Origin: Antedon mediterranea
Taxonomy: Eukaryota > Animalia > Echinodermata
Direction: 5' to 3'
DNA: 64,000 nt
Assembly: GCF_964355755.1 (NCBI RefSeq)
Contig: NC_092675.1
Location: 29,670,912-29,734,911 of the forward strand
Positions 13,317 to 27,353 of the stretch are shown piece by piece. How positions within the stretch are numbered: the first letter of the stretch is position 1; each line of letters begins with the position of its first letter. Both the position numbers and the translations under genes were made by a program. A model generated the notes under the pieces. It searched no databases. It was not told the DNA's origin and saw nothing but the letters and a program-made list of their open reading frames with translations.

Positions 13317-16300
13317 TTAAAGATAAAAACAGAGCATTAATAGACTGAGTAACAAAAATAGGAGGAGAAATGCTACCATACTAAGAAAAATAGCCATAAT
13401 CAGCATCATAGCGGATGAAAACTGTGAATATTTACTACCGGTTTTCTTATACTTAACCACGTGTTTACGTAGCACCAAAGGTAGCGGTCCTTTCTTAACG
13501 TCTTTATTTGTATTGTTCAATAACTGCATCAGTGTTTCGTTCAATTTTGCCGCACGGTACATCTTAATAAATGGAGTTTCTAAAGGTTTTGTGATGTCGA
13601 CACCGGTGAGGTTCCACGACGGATAATGAAATTTAATGTTGTGTTTAACTGCCCATCTTGCGAAGACTGCTTTTTCTGTGACAAATAGATGTCCGTATCG
13701 AAGCTGTTCTTCTGAAGTCTTGTAATAATCACACTCGTGAAGTCCGTCAGATTCGTAGTAGTGGTATGGCGTTGTGTCGTTTATGCGACCACTGAAATAT
13801 AAAAATAACAAGATCATTCTTTATTACATCAAACATTACTTCCATTCTGCCATTCGCTGATCATCAAAAATTGGTCCTTTTTTATTTTTTAAAGATATTT
13901 TCCATCCAGAATTTATAATATTTCCATGTATTTAATAATAGGCAGCTGTGTATTAGACCTGCAGTATAAAGTCTTCAATGCACCCTAAATCATATCTTAA
14001 GGAAACCTATCACGTAGCTGGATCCAATGAGGCCCAGTCGGCCAGGCCCCAACTCAATTTTACCATTTACAATTCATCCACTATATTTTTTACACCCCGT
14101 CACCACTAGACTTTTCTAGCTACACCCCCTCACTGATCATTGCACATATTCAGCAATATTTCCAATTATACTCTTTTGAATATTTGACCTTGTTGAATAA
14201 AATATATCAATGTACAAATAAATCATATCTATCTATATCATGTTTACTATAGCAAAGGCAGGTCAGGGAATAATTTCGCCAGTGTAGCATAGCAAAAAGC
14301 TATACAAAACAACCTTATTGCTACACATTTCTAAAATTGTGTAGCAAAAAAGACAATACAAAACTATGTTTCTCGACTAAAAAATCAGTTTGATTAGCAA
14401 TAATTGCTAAACAAAATTTTCAAATGAAATTTTTCCCTGCAGGTTAATGAGTCAGATACAGAGATACATTAATTCAAGATTTGAATATTAAGGAAAATTA
14501 CATGTGACAACGGCGACGATACATTTATTTTATCTCTTTTAGTTTCTACGCTATAAATAGCTACACAGGTGTAAATAATGTGAATGTTGACACCTGGCTA
14601 CAAAGGTTAATATTATTCATAAATAATGCATTTTGTAGAAGTGTTTGAACATACAAATTGTTACAGTTATATCATTATTTTAACGTATCCTTTGCCTGAC
14701 ACATGATGGGAAGGAAATGGAGGGGGGAACAGCATTGGGGATAACCTTAAGGGAGAAAACTTTATAGCCGAGTAATAATCTAAAATAACTTAGATTCTAC
14801 CTCCTCTACATACTTCTGTGCAACCACCTTTTACTACACCTACTGCAGCTGGTGATGATGTACACCTTCTATAACGCCTTAGGTGATTGGACTTCATTTA
14901 TATAATGGACAAAAACAATAATTGTTCACACTTTGTTTCTCATTCTGCATTCAAATTATTTATTTAAAGATGTATTGTCCCCCAAAAAAACATGAGAAAT
15001 GAAGATTACTAAAACCAGAATTGGAATATGACATTTTGCAGTTTTAATAGTTATTCACTTTTGTAGAAAAAAAAACCTATAACTGCAGAGCGAGTTAGGT
15101 TCAATATTATTACTAGGCATATTAACAAATGTACTTACTCGCAATAGTTTTCTGGAACGAGTCCGAAAACATTAATGTTATCACAAATGTCCAAAGCAAG
15201 GAGCATGGTCATCCAACCAGTCGACAGCCAGGTACGAGCTTCTCGTCTTAATAAATACAATTATCAGGTAAAAACAGTTAAAAATAGAAACAATTTATCA
15301 CATGATAACCAAATATGGTAGTGATATGCTTAAATATGGTAGTGATATGACATCATGTCGATATATGGGCACATCACATTTTGTCACATAAAGTTTGATA
15401 GTGTAGACAGAGCTATATGGTTATTTTACAACCTTAGTGACAGTGGATTAAACTCATAAAAACATTAAAAATGGCAGTTTTTTAAATATAGCTTGTTCAC
15501 AATTCATAAACATTTAGCATTCTTCAGTAAAAATGATTATTTTAAACTTATATTTTAACATTTTTCGAACTTTTTCATCAGTTGAACAGCGATTTTGTAT
15601 TTTAAGTTTATTTTAATATTTGCGATTTGCATAAATGATAAAGAGCATTGAGATTTTTAATGTAATGTGCTACAGAAAGAATAAATAAATAAACGTTACA
15701 TCATCTATAATCCGGTTTATTATGTCATTAACATTTAAATGAGATGGATTTTGTAGTCAATATTGTCAAATGTACATGTTATAAATGTTAACAGTGTAGA
15801 ATTCAGCATTTTAAATCCAGGCGGATGAGGAATATGCATGCAAATGAAATCCAGTTGAAACGATTCTTAGATTACAAAGTTTTATTACGACGATCTATCA
15901 CAAACCTCAAGTACAGGTACAGAGTTTCTTATAGTGAACAGAAGGTAGTGAAATAACCATAGAATAATTCTGCTAAGACTGCTAAATGTATAAATATTGT
16001 AGTTGATGATAGTTGTTGGTCGACTCTATCTACCATATTAGCTTAGTATTTTGTGCATTATACTAATCTAGCCAGAGTTCAATTCAAGTTCCAGCAGACA
16101 GCAGACATTCAATATTTGACAGCACAGAGATTTGTCAGTTGCTAGATGATGTATTAAGATCAAATGTTTGATGTCACGATATCAATCTTGTTATTTTAAT
16201 TTTCTGTTTTTTTTTGTGTGGAAACTCATGTTGTTCATTACATTCTTTGTGTGAAATCATGTTTATTACATTCTTTGTGTGAAATCATGTTTATTACATT

Positions 16301-19300
16301 CTTTGTGTGAAATCATATTTATTACATTCTCTGTGTGAAATCATGTTTATTACATTCTTTGTGTGAAATCATGTTTATTACATTCTCTGTGTGAAATCAT
16401 GTTTATTACATTCTTTGTGTGAAATCATGTTTATTACATTCTTTGTGTGAAATCATGTTTATTACATTCTCTGTGTGAAATCAAGTTGTTAAAATGTTTA
16501 CATTGCACAAATTGTCCGGAATTGTTTTCTAAATTGGGAGAATACTGCCATGTAAAAATGTCAACAATATTTTTAAAAATATCATCATCATCATCTTGCC
16601 AAACTGTGCAGAACTTTGTTTGAGGTTAGTCACACATGGGTTGGTCACATTTATGCAGATGGGCTTCCTAATTTCTTCAATATTGTAATTTTTTTCTAAT
16701 TTTATAACTATGCCACATCATACAGTACAGTAGACGCATTTCTTGAATCTCTTTAGTGATGGTGATCTTAGTTCCGGCTTAGAAACCATATACAATATGA
16801 TAGATTGAATGAAATGATACATATTATTCAGTTTCTGTGAAAGCTAGTTCCCTGTGAGGTATGGTCATCGTTAAACTATTCAGAAATAAACAGAACCATT
16901 GTCAAATAACCGACTCACGGAAATTTTCTAAATAAGGTGTTATCGGATTTTCCAACAGCCTGATAATTTTTTTATTATCATAGGTTGTGTGTTTATAATA
17001 CAGTAATATAAAGTTATGGCAAGATTAAAGTGCCAAATTTTAAATAAATATGTGGGTATAGAAGATGATTAGATTATGGCTTCATTGAATGGAAATTATA
17101 TATTTGTTCATACTTTATGAAAATTGAGCAATGATGCAATGGTAAAAGAAATTGGTGTAACTATCGTATGAAGACTATTAGATCTCTTAATGTATGCTAC
17201 AGAAATGCTCTGCGCCGTATACTTAATGTCTCTAGAAGTAGTAGTGCCAGTGCAATGTTTATTGAACATGGTGTCCCCCTTCCTTTAATGAGTACATGCG
17301 AAAATCTACCTATGGTTTCATGCAACATATGTTGAATAGTGGTAACATCCTTGTTGCTTGTGTTTGCAAACATATGCTCAATAACTCCAAAATGTATTGT
17401 AGATGGAGAAGCATTCTATACATATACTTAAGTTTAGAGTTTAAAATTTTTCTTTTTCTGTTTAATATTAATATGGATGATATTTCCGAAATAAAAAGAA
17501 ATTGAATTGAATAGGCACAAGATTAACAGTTGTGCTTTTTCCAAGAAAATGATTTAAATGTTGTGTTTTGGCTTAAATGTTAAGCTGTTGGTTTGTGGCA
17601 ATAATTTCTATGAATGCAGCTTGATAAACTATAGAAAACAGTATACGTGATTCTTTTCTTGTGATTGAGTGCAATGTCTTTTGGTTTTATGATGCAACAT
17701 ATGGCAAGCAGCTATTGAGTCTAACAGTCTGTCATGTTTCTGAGCGTGCACAGATTGACTGTAAAGACTCAAAAGCTGTATAGTCGAGAGGTTGTTTGTA
17801 AAATATTCAAGATCGCTAAAAAGGGTAATGTGTGATAACTTGGGTGTACTTGCCCCGCACCACCAATGTCTCAGAGCTCTTACTGTGCTTACCTTGATAT
17901 TCCGATCTCTGACCTAAATATCTGCTCAGCATTTCTCATCTTACTGCCAGATAACAGATAGAACTCTGTATCATGGAATGTTTTGGAGAAATTTTTAACG
18001 ACTTTGTAAAATTTATCAGTTTTTTTATTCACTCTAACATTGTACAACCATGGGATAATGTTCCTCTTTGCACTTGTCGTCTCATCTACAAACAACTCAT
18101 CCTGCAGACTGGTACTCTCATTGATCTTCAGAAGATTAACATGACCTATGACCCGGACAGTTGTTTTTGAACCAACATCATCTTCAAAGCCTTTAGTCGG
18201 TGAAGTGTTCATGCGAATGACGCATGGAAACTGATCAATTTCTTTGCCAGCACTTTGATTAAGTAGTCGACCTGAACTAGATATTACGGCACACCATTTA
18301 CAGTGCACGTGAAGATTCTGTAAAACAAAAGGAAATAAGTAAAAACTTTCCCAAAAATTTCGGACAGAAAAAAATGTTAAGGATATTTTTGATTTGCTTT
18401 CCATCTGTCGACATTACCATATTTTTTGTGAATGGACAGAATTCTTTGACCTCTCTGCAACCTCAATGTGCGACAATGTACTGTAAGCAAGGCTGAAGGT
18501 GTCCTGGCACAAATGGCGTATCATCCCAACGATAGAGGGCAAAGAGTTCGTCATTATAGTTATAATATACAATTATTAATTTATTGTATATTTACAATTG
18601 TAGTTAAGTTTAATTCAATTCAACGTTAACATTTATTTTCTTTCTTTCAATCAATAACAAAATGAATAAGGAATTAAAAAAGAAAGTACGAGTTTTATAT
18701 AATACATTTCATGAATATAATATATAAACACAACAGGCAAAGAACATTAATTCTAAGCCGCCCGGTGATATACTGAAATTTTAATTAATTAATTTGAAAC
18801 GATAAAGTTGGTGACTTGGTGTGGTGAAATAAAGTAAATCAAATATAAATTGTCTTTACCTTGCTAGTTGCTACCTTAAAGTATCCATCAGCTCGTTTAT
18901 TTGCTGCTTTTGGCGACAATTTCATCAATGCAATCTCCTTCTTTATCATCTCACGTGAAATGTTTCTCTGGCGTTCATTTTCAATTTCTTCTTTTGTTTT
19001 TTCCAACAATTTACGCTTCAATGTCAAATTAGCTACTTTTACAGATTTTATTTTGTTTTTAGTCAAATTTGATTGTTTTACTGAAGCATTCTTTTTTTTG
19101 TATGTTGAATATTTGTTCATTTTCTTTCCTTTGTGTCTTTCAACTTCCGGTATTCTGTATATACCTTTATTTATATTCTTCTTTTTTTCTATTTTGGATA
19201 TTTTCTTTTCTCCTTCAATAGATTTCCCAGAGTCTTTGATAAACAAATGTGATTGGTTAACCGACTGAATTGTCTTTGTGATGTTTTTTCTCCTCTTAAA

Positions 19301-22300
19301 CTTTGTTGCATTCTTTGGTTGTAATAAATTAAATGGCAAAAAAGAATCCTTATCTCTTTTATTAGTAGATAAATTAGTTTCTTTAGATTTTACCTTTTTC
19401 AAAATTATATTGCTAGATTTCTTAAGTAAATAAAGTGGTTTTTCTGTACTTTTTGTTTTATTTAAATGTTGCTGTATCTTATCATATTCTTCTTTCTTCA
19501 ATGCATCCCAGTCAATAGTCTGATCTATTTCATACCAATTAATGCCAACATTCCCGGGCATATTCCGGATGTCCATCATGTTCAAACTGTCAGTAGATAT
19601 TGTTGCAGGACCGCTACCTAATATGGGAAAATATTTGCCATTTGCTGACACATTTTTGGAAATATCTCCTCCAAGATTTTGAGTTTGCCGTTGACTAATA
19701 GAGTTTGCGTTCCGAGAAGGAAATGCACGCCGTGTCAGCTGTACGGAGTTGGAAACTCGTAACAATACATTCTTATCTTTGGTTTGAATGTGTGAATAAT
19801 AAATTCCTACAATTGAGATCACTAGGGAGTACCAAAGTACCGCTAACAACACACGACGTTGACTCTGAAAATAAAAATAAGAACGTGTTCGTTAATGAGC
19901 CCATTGGAATTTAAAAGGATTACTCCTTATAAAAGCAAATGTCACCGGAAATGGGAACGAAAGAAGACAAGTTACTGGAAATGATAGGACGAGACATCAG
20001 AGAGATTCTCAGTGCTTTTTCCACTATGCAACATACTGTACATTTAATCCTAAGGGAAATGTATACTCACAGTATTATCATGACAGCATTATCCAATTAC
20101 TTAGTATAGAAATTCAATTTTAAAAATGGATCACATATTAATTTAATAATATTAATAATATTATAGAATTAAATAGAGCATAACATACTAAGAGCCTGAA
20201 TGTGAAAGATTCACATGAGATTATACTATTGCACTAATTAATGGTCGTCTGATGGATGAACCATAGAGATACTGTACAGTAGTTCTCTTTATATCTATAA
20301 TGAATGAATTCATATTATAAAGCCATTATATACGGTAATTAATATCCACTTTGATTGTGCTGGAGGAGGCAGCCATTTCAAGGTCATCTGACCCAAGAAA
20401 AACTACTGAATATCTCAAAGTACTACATGTAAACATCCATCCTCCCTAGACATTCTTAATAGATACACCGACTGTATTGTATTACCTGATTGCTTTTTAA
20501 TTATTTTTTTTTATAAAAATACCAACATATATTTTAGAAAACAAAACTGAGATGTCAACGTTTACATAACTACATCTTGCATTTTATTTTATTGCAAAAT
20601 ACAACAATGAAATAACAGTATAAAAAAAATGGGTATTTTTTATTGTTAAAGATTATATACTGAAGGTAAACTTTGAACTGTACAACACAATACATTGCTT
20701 GTTATTGTACAAAAGTAATATTCTTCCATTAATGTATAAGGAATAATACTAATAATATAAAGAAGAAATGCATTTCAATGAAATTAAAAATAACCTACTG
20801 TAAGAATACAAAATGAAACAGCTTATTATAAGACTTACAGTATTAATGCAACCATAATCCTTACCCCAAATTTTCAAACAAATTTCAACCCATGCACCCT
20901 GGGACTAAGGTCACAGTATAATTTTTATTTAGGTCGCAAAAATTGTTTCCATCAATGCACAACATTTTTATGTATTTTATTAATGTAATTGCAAAAACAT
21001 TTTAAAACGTTCTAATGAGTTTTAAAAATGTAAAGATTTGCAATAATAACACTTTGAATGCAAGATTAATAAATATATATAAAGACCAAAAACAATATTC
21101 CCAAAGGTCTTAATACTCCAGTCTAATGATCTTACAATATGATTAATGCATACTGTACACTACTTGCATTAACAATAATAACATAGAGCAATGCAGCAAG
21201 TGCGTCTGTTAAGTACTCTTCCAGACATGTGTTATGGAATACAGAAATGTATAACTGTAGTACATATATATATAACTTACTATTGTACACCATGTGACCC
21301 ACAATCATCCAATCAAATGACAGGAATTTATTTAGGTGTTATTATAACAAGTAATAATATATTGCACACAGTATTTTCTAACATAAATTATTTGCAGTTC
21401 AGCAGCAGTGGGAAATCATTGTTATTATGCTTGGTTCTCACTAGAGACGCAACACAAGGATGTAACGCAGCGCAAGTGATTCGACCGTTGCTTGTCATTG
21501 GCCACTCGCTTGCTTTGCATCTACTGTACGTCCTTGTTGTATTGCATCTCTAGTGAGAACCACGCTTTACGATAATAATATTTATTATGTATAAATAACA
21601 CTTTTAACACAACTATTCACAATTTACTCCCACTTCCAAAATAGATACACTTAATCACAGAACGGCGTAACTGGGAGTTTTAATGAATCGCAACCAAATG
21701 ATTTCAAATTGGAATATTAATTGGAATATTCCACTGGGAACGGTAAACTTTGATTATACAGTGTACTTATAATGTAAGATTGATTATGTATTCAATGGCA
21801 AGGAATAGAGAGAGTATAGAGTTAATAACAAACTCTCTTTAGCTTCATGGAAAATTCATCCACATTCTTGGCGCTATAATCAGAAAATCAGAGGCTCTGA
21901 GAAGGGAAAGTTTTTAATTCGTTATCGTCAAATGATAAACACTATCTTCAATAAAGACATTGATTTTATTATTAATTGATGGTACTGTAGTGTCATCTTT
22001 TTAATTAATCATGCGTGACATTAATTTATCATCGCAGTAATTTATTGAAACTAAGAACCATTTTGAGGGCTAATAAATTTAAATATTTGTCAGCGATTCA
22101 AACTTTTTTTTATAGTAAAATACACACTTAAAATTGATACATCTTGCTATGCTCTCCATCCAAATGACAAATAAATCATATCTTTAAAAAATGTATGATT
22201 GACATATTGGCAACAGGATTATCAAAAAGTGACAATGTTAAATATTAGACTAGTACTGTAGTATGTAATTTTTCAAAATAATTATGTATTCTCTATAATT

Positions 22301-25300
22301 TAAAAATATGTAAGAAATGATAAAAGCTAATGCTTAAATTTTGTTTAAAGATTGTTTGACATTTGACCTTTTAATTGCCAAAAGGAGTAAAATGATAAGT
22401 CACGACATCTGAATAATCAGTCTTTGACGTTCACAGCAAGATTTAAACTCTCCTCATGCAGCTACTACATGTCCAGTAGTGTAAACTACAGTTATTCATA
22501 AACCTACTGTACCTACACAGACAACAGTAGTACCGTAATATACATTTTATATTCTTTTTAATAATTAATTTATATTGGTTCTCAACTGTTAACTTTTGCT
22601 ACATTTTCATACTGTATGTGTCATTGTCTGTCTTCTATCTATCTATTCTTTCTGAGTGTCCCTAATATATAATGATAAGCTTCGACAAGATGGACTATCC
22701 AACTAAAAAAAATAAACAATTAGGATGAAATTTTGAAATTAATACATAAAATTAAAAAAACTGTTTAAACAAGTTGCATACTGTCCACAGTGTACGTAAA
22801 TAAGAGCATTTTTTTAGACTGGTCACAAAATATACAGTATCATTGTATCAAAGCATAAAACAATGTTACTGTACAGTATTTCAGTAGTTAATTCTTGATT
22901 TTCACTATGATGACAACAACATCTAGGTGCAACGCAGTTCAGATTATCTACCGTATTCACTATCACATTGTGAACGGTCAAACCACTTTTGGTAGGCTTT
23001 ACATGAACAATTTTCAATCAATATCACATTGATTCATACACTAAGTTCTGTACTATAAGTATGCCAATTGTATTATTTATATGAATTTGAATTATAGCAG
23101 TTTATAGTAAGACCTTAACTGTATATTTTGTTTTCTTTGATAAGTAGATTTTGTATAAATAAATTAAAAATAATAGAAAAATTTATTGTAAAATTTTATT
23201 AACAAATGTTATTGATTCAAATAATCCTGAAGTACCCTTAAGCTAGACTCGTTGACGGTTGGGGCTCAGAAATAAACTGGCAGACAAATCAATTATTAAG
23301 ATGTTGTACTATACTCATCTAAGATACAGACAGGATGGATTTTTTTAATTGATCATCAAAAAATCAACAGGCTAACAAAAATTCATGACTAAAAAAAGAA
23401 TGTCTGTTTTGTTTACGATGTACAGTACAGTACAGTAACAATGTCAAGTGTATTTTTAAATTATAAGGAACTTAAAAATTTTAAGATGTATTGTCCCTTT
23501 GTCAAATAAAAAAAAAATATAAAAAAAAATTAGAAGATTTCGAAAAAAAGTGGGTCATTTTGAAGTATCATAATATTAGTTATTAACTTTCCCCAAAAAT
23601 TAGTCAAACAAAAAAATTCTCTCACTGAAATACAGACGTTTTTTAGTTTAAAAAAAAACTGTGACTTCCAGTCAAAGTTTTCGATCAAAACATATCTCAT
23701 AATGCAACGCGCTTGTTTGGCTACTCTGTATGCATAATCATAAAACTTCCTCGCGATCTGTGTGAAAACACCTTCTCAACCGTGACGAGTTGTAAACAAT
23801 CCTAATTAGAATCATGCATAATGCATACTCTTGGTTTGAAATCTTTGTTTACTTTCGCTGGTGACGATTTTCCAGACGAAATGTAATCAAACTAATTTAC
23901 CTGTTAATTACGTAAACTTGATGTTTTTGGCTCGAATTTTCGACTTAAAGTGAATAACTTTAATATTACTTTGATATGGCCAATTCAAATTTACAATATC
24001 TTGACTTTCAATTCATTTTTTTGTGTTTCAAGGGACAAAACATCTTTAAAAGTAAGGCTATAAATGCGTGTTTGGTATCCATAAATTAACTACCGTATAT
24101 TCCGGTGTATAAGTCGCACCTGTGTATAAGACGCACCCCCTAACTGAGAGTAAAATATCGGTATTTTTTATATCGTCGATGTATAAGACGCACCTTATTT
24201 TTCATCAAAACAATGTTTTTTTAAATTGTAATCAATATTATTGTAATAATATATTTTGTTATATCTACAACGGCGTCCTTTATTTAGGTTTTTTCATACC
24301 TAGGCTCGGCCACGCCCAGCCTCAACAAGTTCTTTCTAACTTGTTATTCATGAGTTTTGCCGCAACATCGAGTGCATGACCGTGTGTGTAACCATGGAGG
24401 TATGGTGTAACACGTACGTGTGTGGGCTAGCTTCGGTCGATCATTTCGAGAGGGCGCACGTTTTCACGGACAATCGTATTCGATTAGTATCTATGTATCC
24501 GAGAAGTGTATACGCTAGGTCCATGCTATAATCAACTGGAGAATATAATATTCGAATACCGTACACCATGTGGCCGCCAAGAAGGGCTTTCGCTAGGCTA
24601 GGGGTACGGCGGTCGTGCGTATAACTATAAATACACTATGTGGCCGCCAAGAAAGGGCTTGCGCTGGGGGTACGGCGATCGTGCGTATAAATACTGTATA
24701 AATAAATACTATTCCAATTGTACATAAACGTTTACAAATGAAATTTTATCGGAGCGCCATAATGAACAAATCTTTTCATCATATTTAGTATAACATCATG
24801 CTAAAATGCCTTGAAAACTAGGCAGAAGCAGGTTGCCGTTACGTTAGTTAGTTACTGTAGCTGCTAGGCCTAGCCTAGCAGTAGCAAACGAGGTGACGAT
24901 AGCCTAGCCTGCCTAGTAGGCCTATATACAATCTGTGTGGTGAGGCATTTATGTTCGGTGTATAAGACGCACCCTTAATTTAGAGGTCAAATTTGCGTGT
25001 CAAAAGTGCGACTTATACACCGAAATATACGGTACTTGTTTCAATATTTTTCACTCCTAGTTGAAAACCGACGGTTTTCCGACGGCATTATTACTGTATG
25101 TGCGACATGTGGTATATTTTTTTTTACTTTACTATACATCTATTTATTGAATATTGTTAATTTGTTATGATATGGACTTTGTTCTGAAAAAAAAAGTGAA
25201 TTGAATTGAATTGAATATGCTGACTATACATTACAGTAGATTATTTTCAATGTTCTCAGAGTTGTTACTATTTCATTATTATATTTACTGTACATACAGA

Positions 25301-26662
25301 TTACATAATCTAATCTAACAATAAATCTCAATAATTTTGTACTATCTTCTACATTTAATAATGATCTGTGTTTTTTCAAATTGTCTACGGTGTTATTTCT
25401 AATGAATTTTCTTGGCAACAGAATATCTATACTTCAACATCTTTTTAAGTGCAGAATCATCCTTTTTAATGAACATGAATACAATTCAATGTCAAGGCCA
25501 ACTGCTCTTCTATAAGCATCTTTAAAAAAAATAATAATAACAACCAAAAAAATCTATCGGAATACCTAAATGAACTACAGAATGTAAAAACCATTGACCG
25601 GTTTCTTGACCAGAACTTGTACAGTACACGGCGGTCACACGCAACTCATTGCTTTTTACAATATTCTGTAACATATTCCATTTTCATTTCTTTTTTGTGA
25701 ATGATTTGGATGATATGATACATAAAAAACATATTGCATTGAAATAACTATAATTTACTTCTAATAGTAAAACTGCATGTAAACATAATATTGTGCACAC
25801 TAATATTATAATATAATAAACATGCCTCTGGACTTTGACGTGTGTTGAATGGAGTAAGAGTAATGGATATATTCTTTTAATACATTATGCTAATGTTTAG
25901 GTCAGTGCAAAAAATATTGCAATGATATTTTATTGCATCGGATATAAATTTGAATAAACTGTAATTGTACAATACAATATCTGAGAGTAAGTTGGGCTCA
26001 TTTTTAAATAAAATGAGCCTACATACAATATCTGAGAGAGAATTTGGTACTTTAATGTGTCCCTCCAAGTTGCTAATTAATCCAAATATGATATTGATGC
26101 TTTTTACAATGAAACCCTCTAAGGTTAAGAGGCCCTTCTAACATGTACCAGCCACTGTTGTTCAGACTAATTTTGTCCTTTTAACTGTACTACTATAAAT
26201 TACTGATTCACAATTAAAGAAAACCTTGCTAGAATTAATTAGTGAAGACACTGATGATTAAAACTTGGCTGATTGCTTTGAAGGAAGGAAGTGATTGACA
26301 TTAATCATGCTGTGGATGAAAACTACTTGTTTGGTATTTTTCGTAAGTTTGTTACTAACAAATATTACATTTCTTTTCTTTGTGATAATTTTGAAAGATG
26401 TACAGTATTGTCCCCCAAAAACACGAAAAATGAAGATTAATTAAATCTGACTTTGAATAGGTTATTTTGTAGTTTTAATACGAGTAAATCTCTTAAATAT
26501 AAAAAAAACACTTATAAAATGACAAAATAAATGGTTAAATTCAAGCATAAACCCAGGTAGCTACTGTATACACTTTCTAAATAATGCTTTCTTATTTTAT
26601 ACAAAAAATTAAAAATATAATAGCGAACTTACCATGCATCGTAATGTTATAAATCTTGTCAT
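13317..26662 (-). CDS. GT29 sialyltransferase, ST6GalNAc III-VI-like (~680 aa, 5 coding exons)
   Basis: Exons (minus) 26662-26633 (MTRFITLRCM, least certain), 19864-18860, 18317-17893, 15246-15139, 13791-13317; phase-consistent. N-terminal TM (RRVLLAVLWYSLVISIVGIYY); sialylmotif L (CAVISSSG...GKEIDQFPCVIRMNTSPTKGFEDDVGSKTTVR); motif S (LSTGWMTMLLALDICDNINVFG); motif III (PYHYYE); motif VS (HLFVTEKAVF). The SSSG, LSTGW and H.F.TEK.VF variants are typical of ST6GalNAc III-VI. Confidence 0.88.
14264..14439. mobile_element. hAT-like MITE with 5-bp TSD
   Basis: cagggaa...ttccctg termini flanked by caggt/caggt; inverted second copy at 27179-27353. Confidence 0.7.
15300..15414. mobile_element. Harbinger-like MITE family A (one end missing)
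   Basis: Family core and one TIR gtttgatagtgtagacagagct. Confidence 0.75.
16236..16483. repeat. 28-bp minisatellite x~9
   Basis: gtttattacattctttgtgtgaaatcat in head-to-tail tandem with no spacers. Confidence 0.95.
17150..17512 (+). mobile_element. degenerate non-LTR retrotransposon 3' end
   Basis: Translates with a frameshift to YRNALRRILNVSRSSSASAMFIEHGVP...MRKSTYGFMQ, resembling LINE ORF2 C-termini; ends aataaaaagaaattgaattgaa. Confidence 0.55.
21428..21565. mobile_element. Harbinger-like MITE (gcttggttctcactagag TIR family)
   Basis: tggttctcactagaga...tctctagtgagaacca inverted termini; related copies at ~5714-5850 and ~49610-49717. Confidence 0.65.
23484..24045. mobile_element. TTAA-flanked MITE (Kolobok-like, agatgtattgtccc termini)
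   Basis: agatgtattgtccctt...aagggacaaaacatct followed by ttaa; related ends at ~14967, ~26395 and ~43350-43772. Confidence 0.7.
24093..25032. mobile_element. Tc1/mariner-pogo-like non-autonomous element, TA TSD
   Basis: ta|ccgtatattccggtgtataagtcgcac...gtgcgacttatacaccgaaatatacgg|ta, with subterminal gtgtataagacgcacc repeats. Confidence 0.85.
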
Positions 26663-27178
26663 TCTTGCCTCACAGTACGGCTGGTTATGTGTTTCCACGC
26701 ATTTTTTCTGTGCTTACTAACTGTACTCAAATGTACGTAGTGTCAGCTAAGAAAATAAAGAACAAACGTTTTTACCAGCAGCAATACAAATAGCAATTAA
26801 ATTGAAATCTACAAAGAACACTTTTAAATACAACATTTATGCATCATCCATCTCACGAGGGCGTGGTTGTCAGACTAGTCAATTATTACAGAGGGTGCTC
26901 AGTTGAACATCCTATATAAGAAGACACTAGTATTCAAAAAAGTATCCCCTTTAATAGAAGTCTCTCCTGAATAGGGTTGGTTGTATTGTTATATCATTGG
27001 AAAGCATGCCCTTATAGGGGTGTCCTAGAAAAAGGGGCGGAGACTGTCAGGTTGTCCAGGTAAGCCAGGTACAAAATAAAGTAATTAGGTTCAGTAAAAT
27101 CTGCAAACGAAATCTAATTAAACAATGATTGTTACAGTAGACATTAATGAACAAACAAAACTATCTGTTACATACAGT

Positions 27179-27353
27179 CACAGCAAAATTTCATTTTAAA
27201 ATTTTGTTTAGCAATATTGCTAATCAAACTGATTTTTGAGTCGAGAAATATAGTTTTGTATTGTATTTTTTGCTACACAAATTTAAAAATCTGTAGCAAA
27301 AATGTTGTTTTGTATAGCTTTTTGCTATGCTACACTGGCAAGATTATTCCTGG
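27179..27353. mobile_element. hAT-like MITE, inverted copy of 14264-14439
   Basis: Reverse complement of 14264-14439 along its length; flanked by acagt/acagt. Confidence 0.7.

Noticed and set aside
16236-16483. 28-bp repeats of CRISPR-like length
   Set aside because: Head-to-tail with no unique spacers, no cas genes, eukaryotic intron.
18861-19268. Phe-rich plus-strand ORF (and similar antisense ORFs at 2615, 44768, 45724)
   Set aside because: Antisense shadows of real exons, mostly Lys-rich.
20255-20307. Further candidate P-type footprint (gatgaac-catagagat...atctata); also gtgtaac-cacaatgg-gtgtaac near 41922
   Set aside because: Duplication or palindrome too degraded to count with the seven clear cases.
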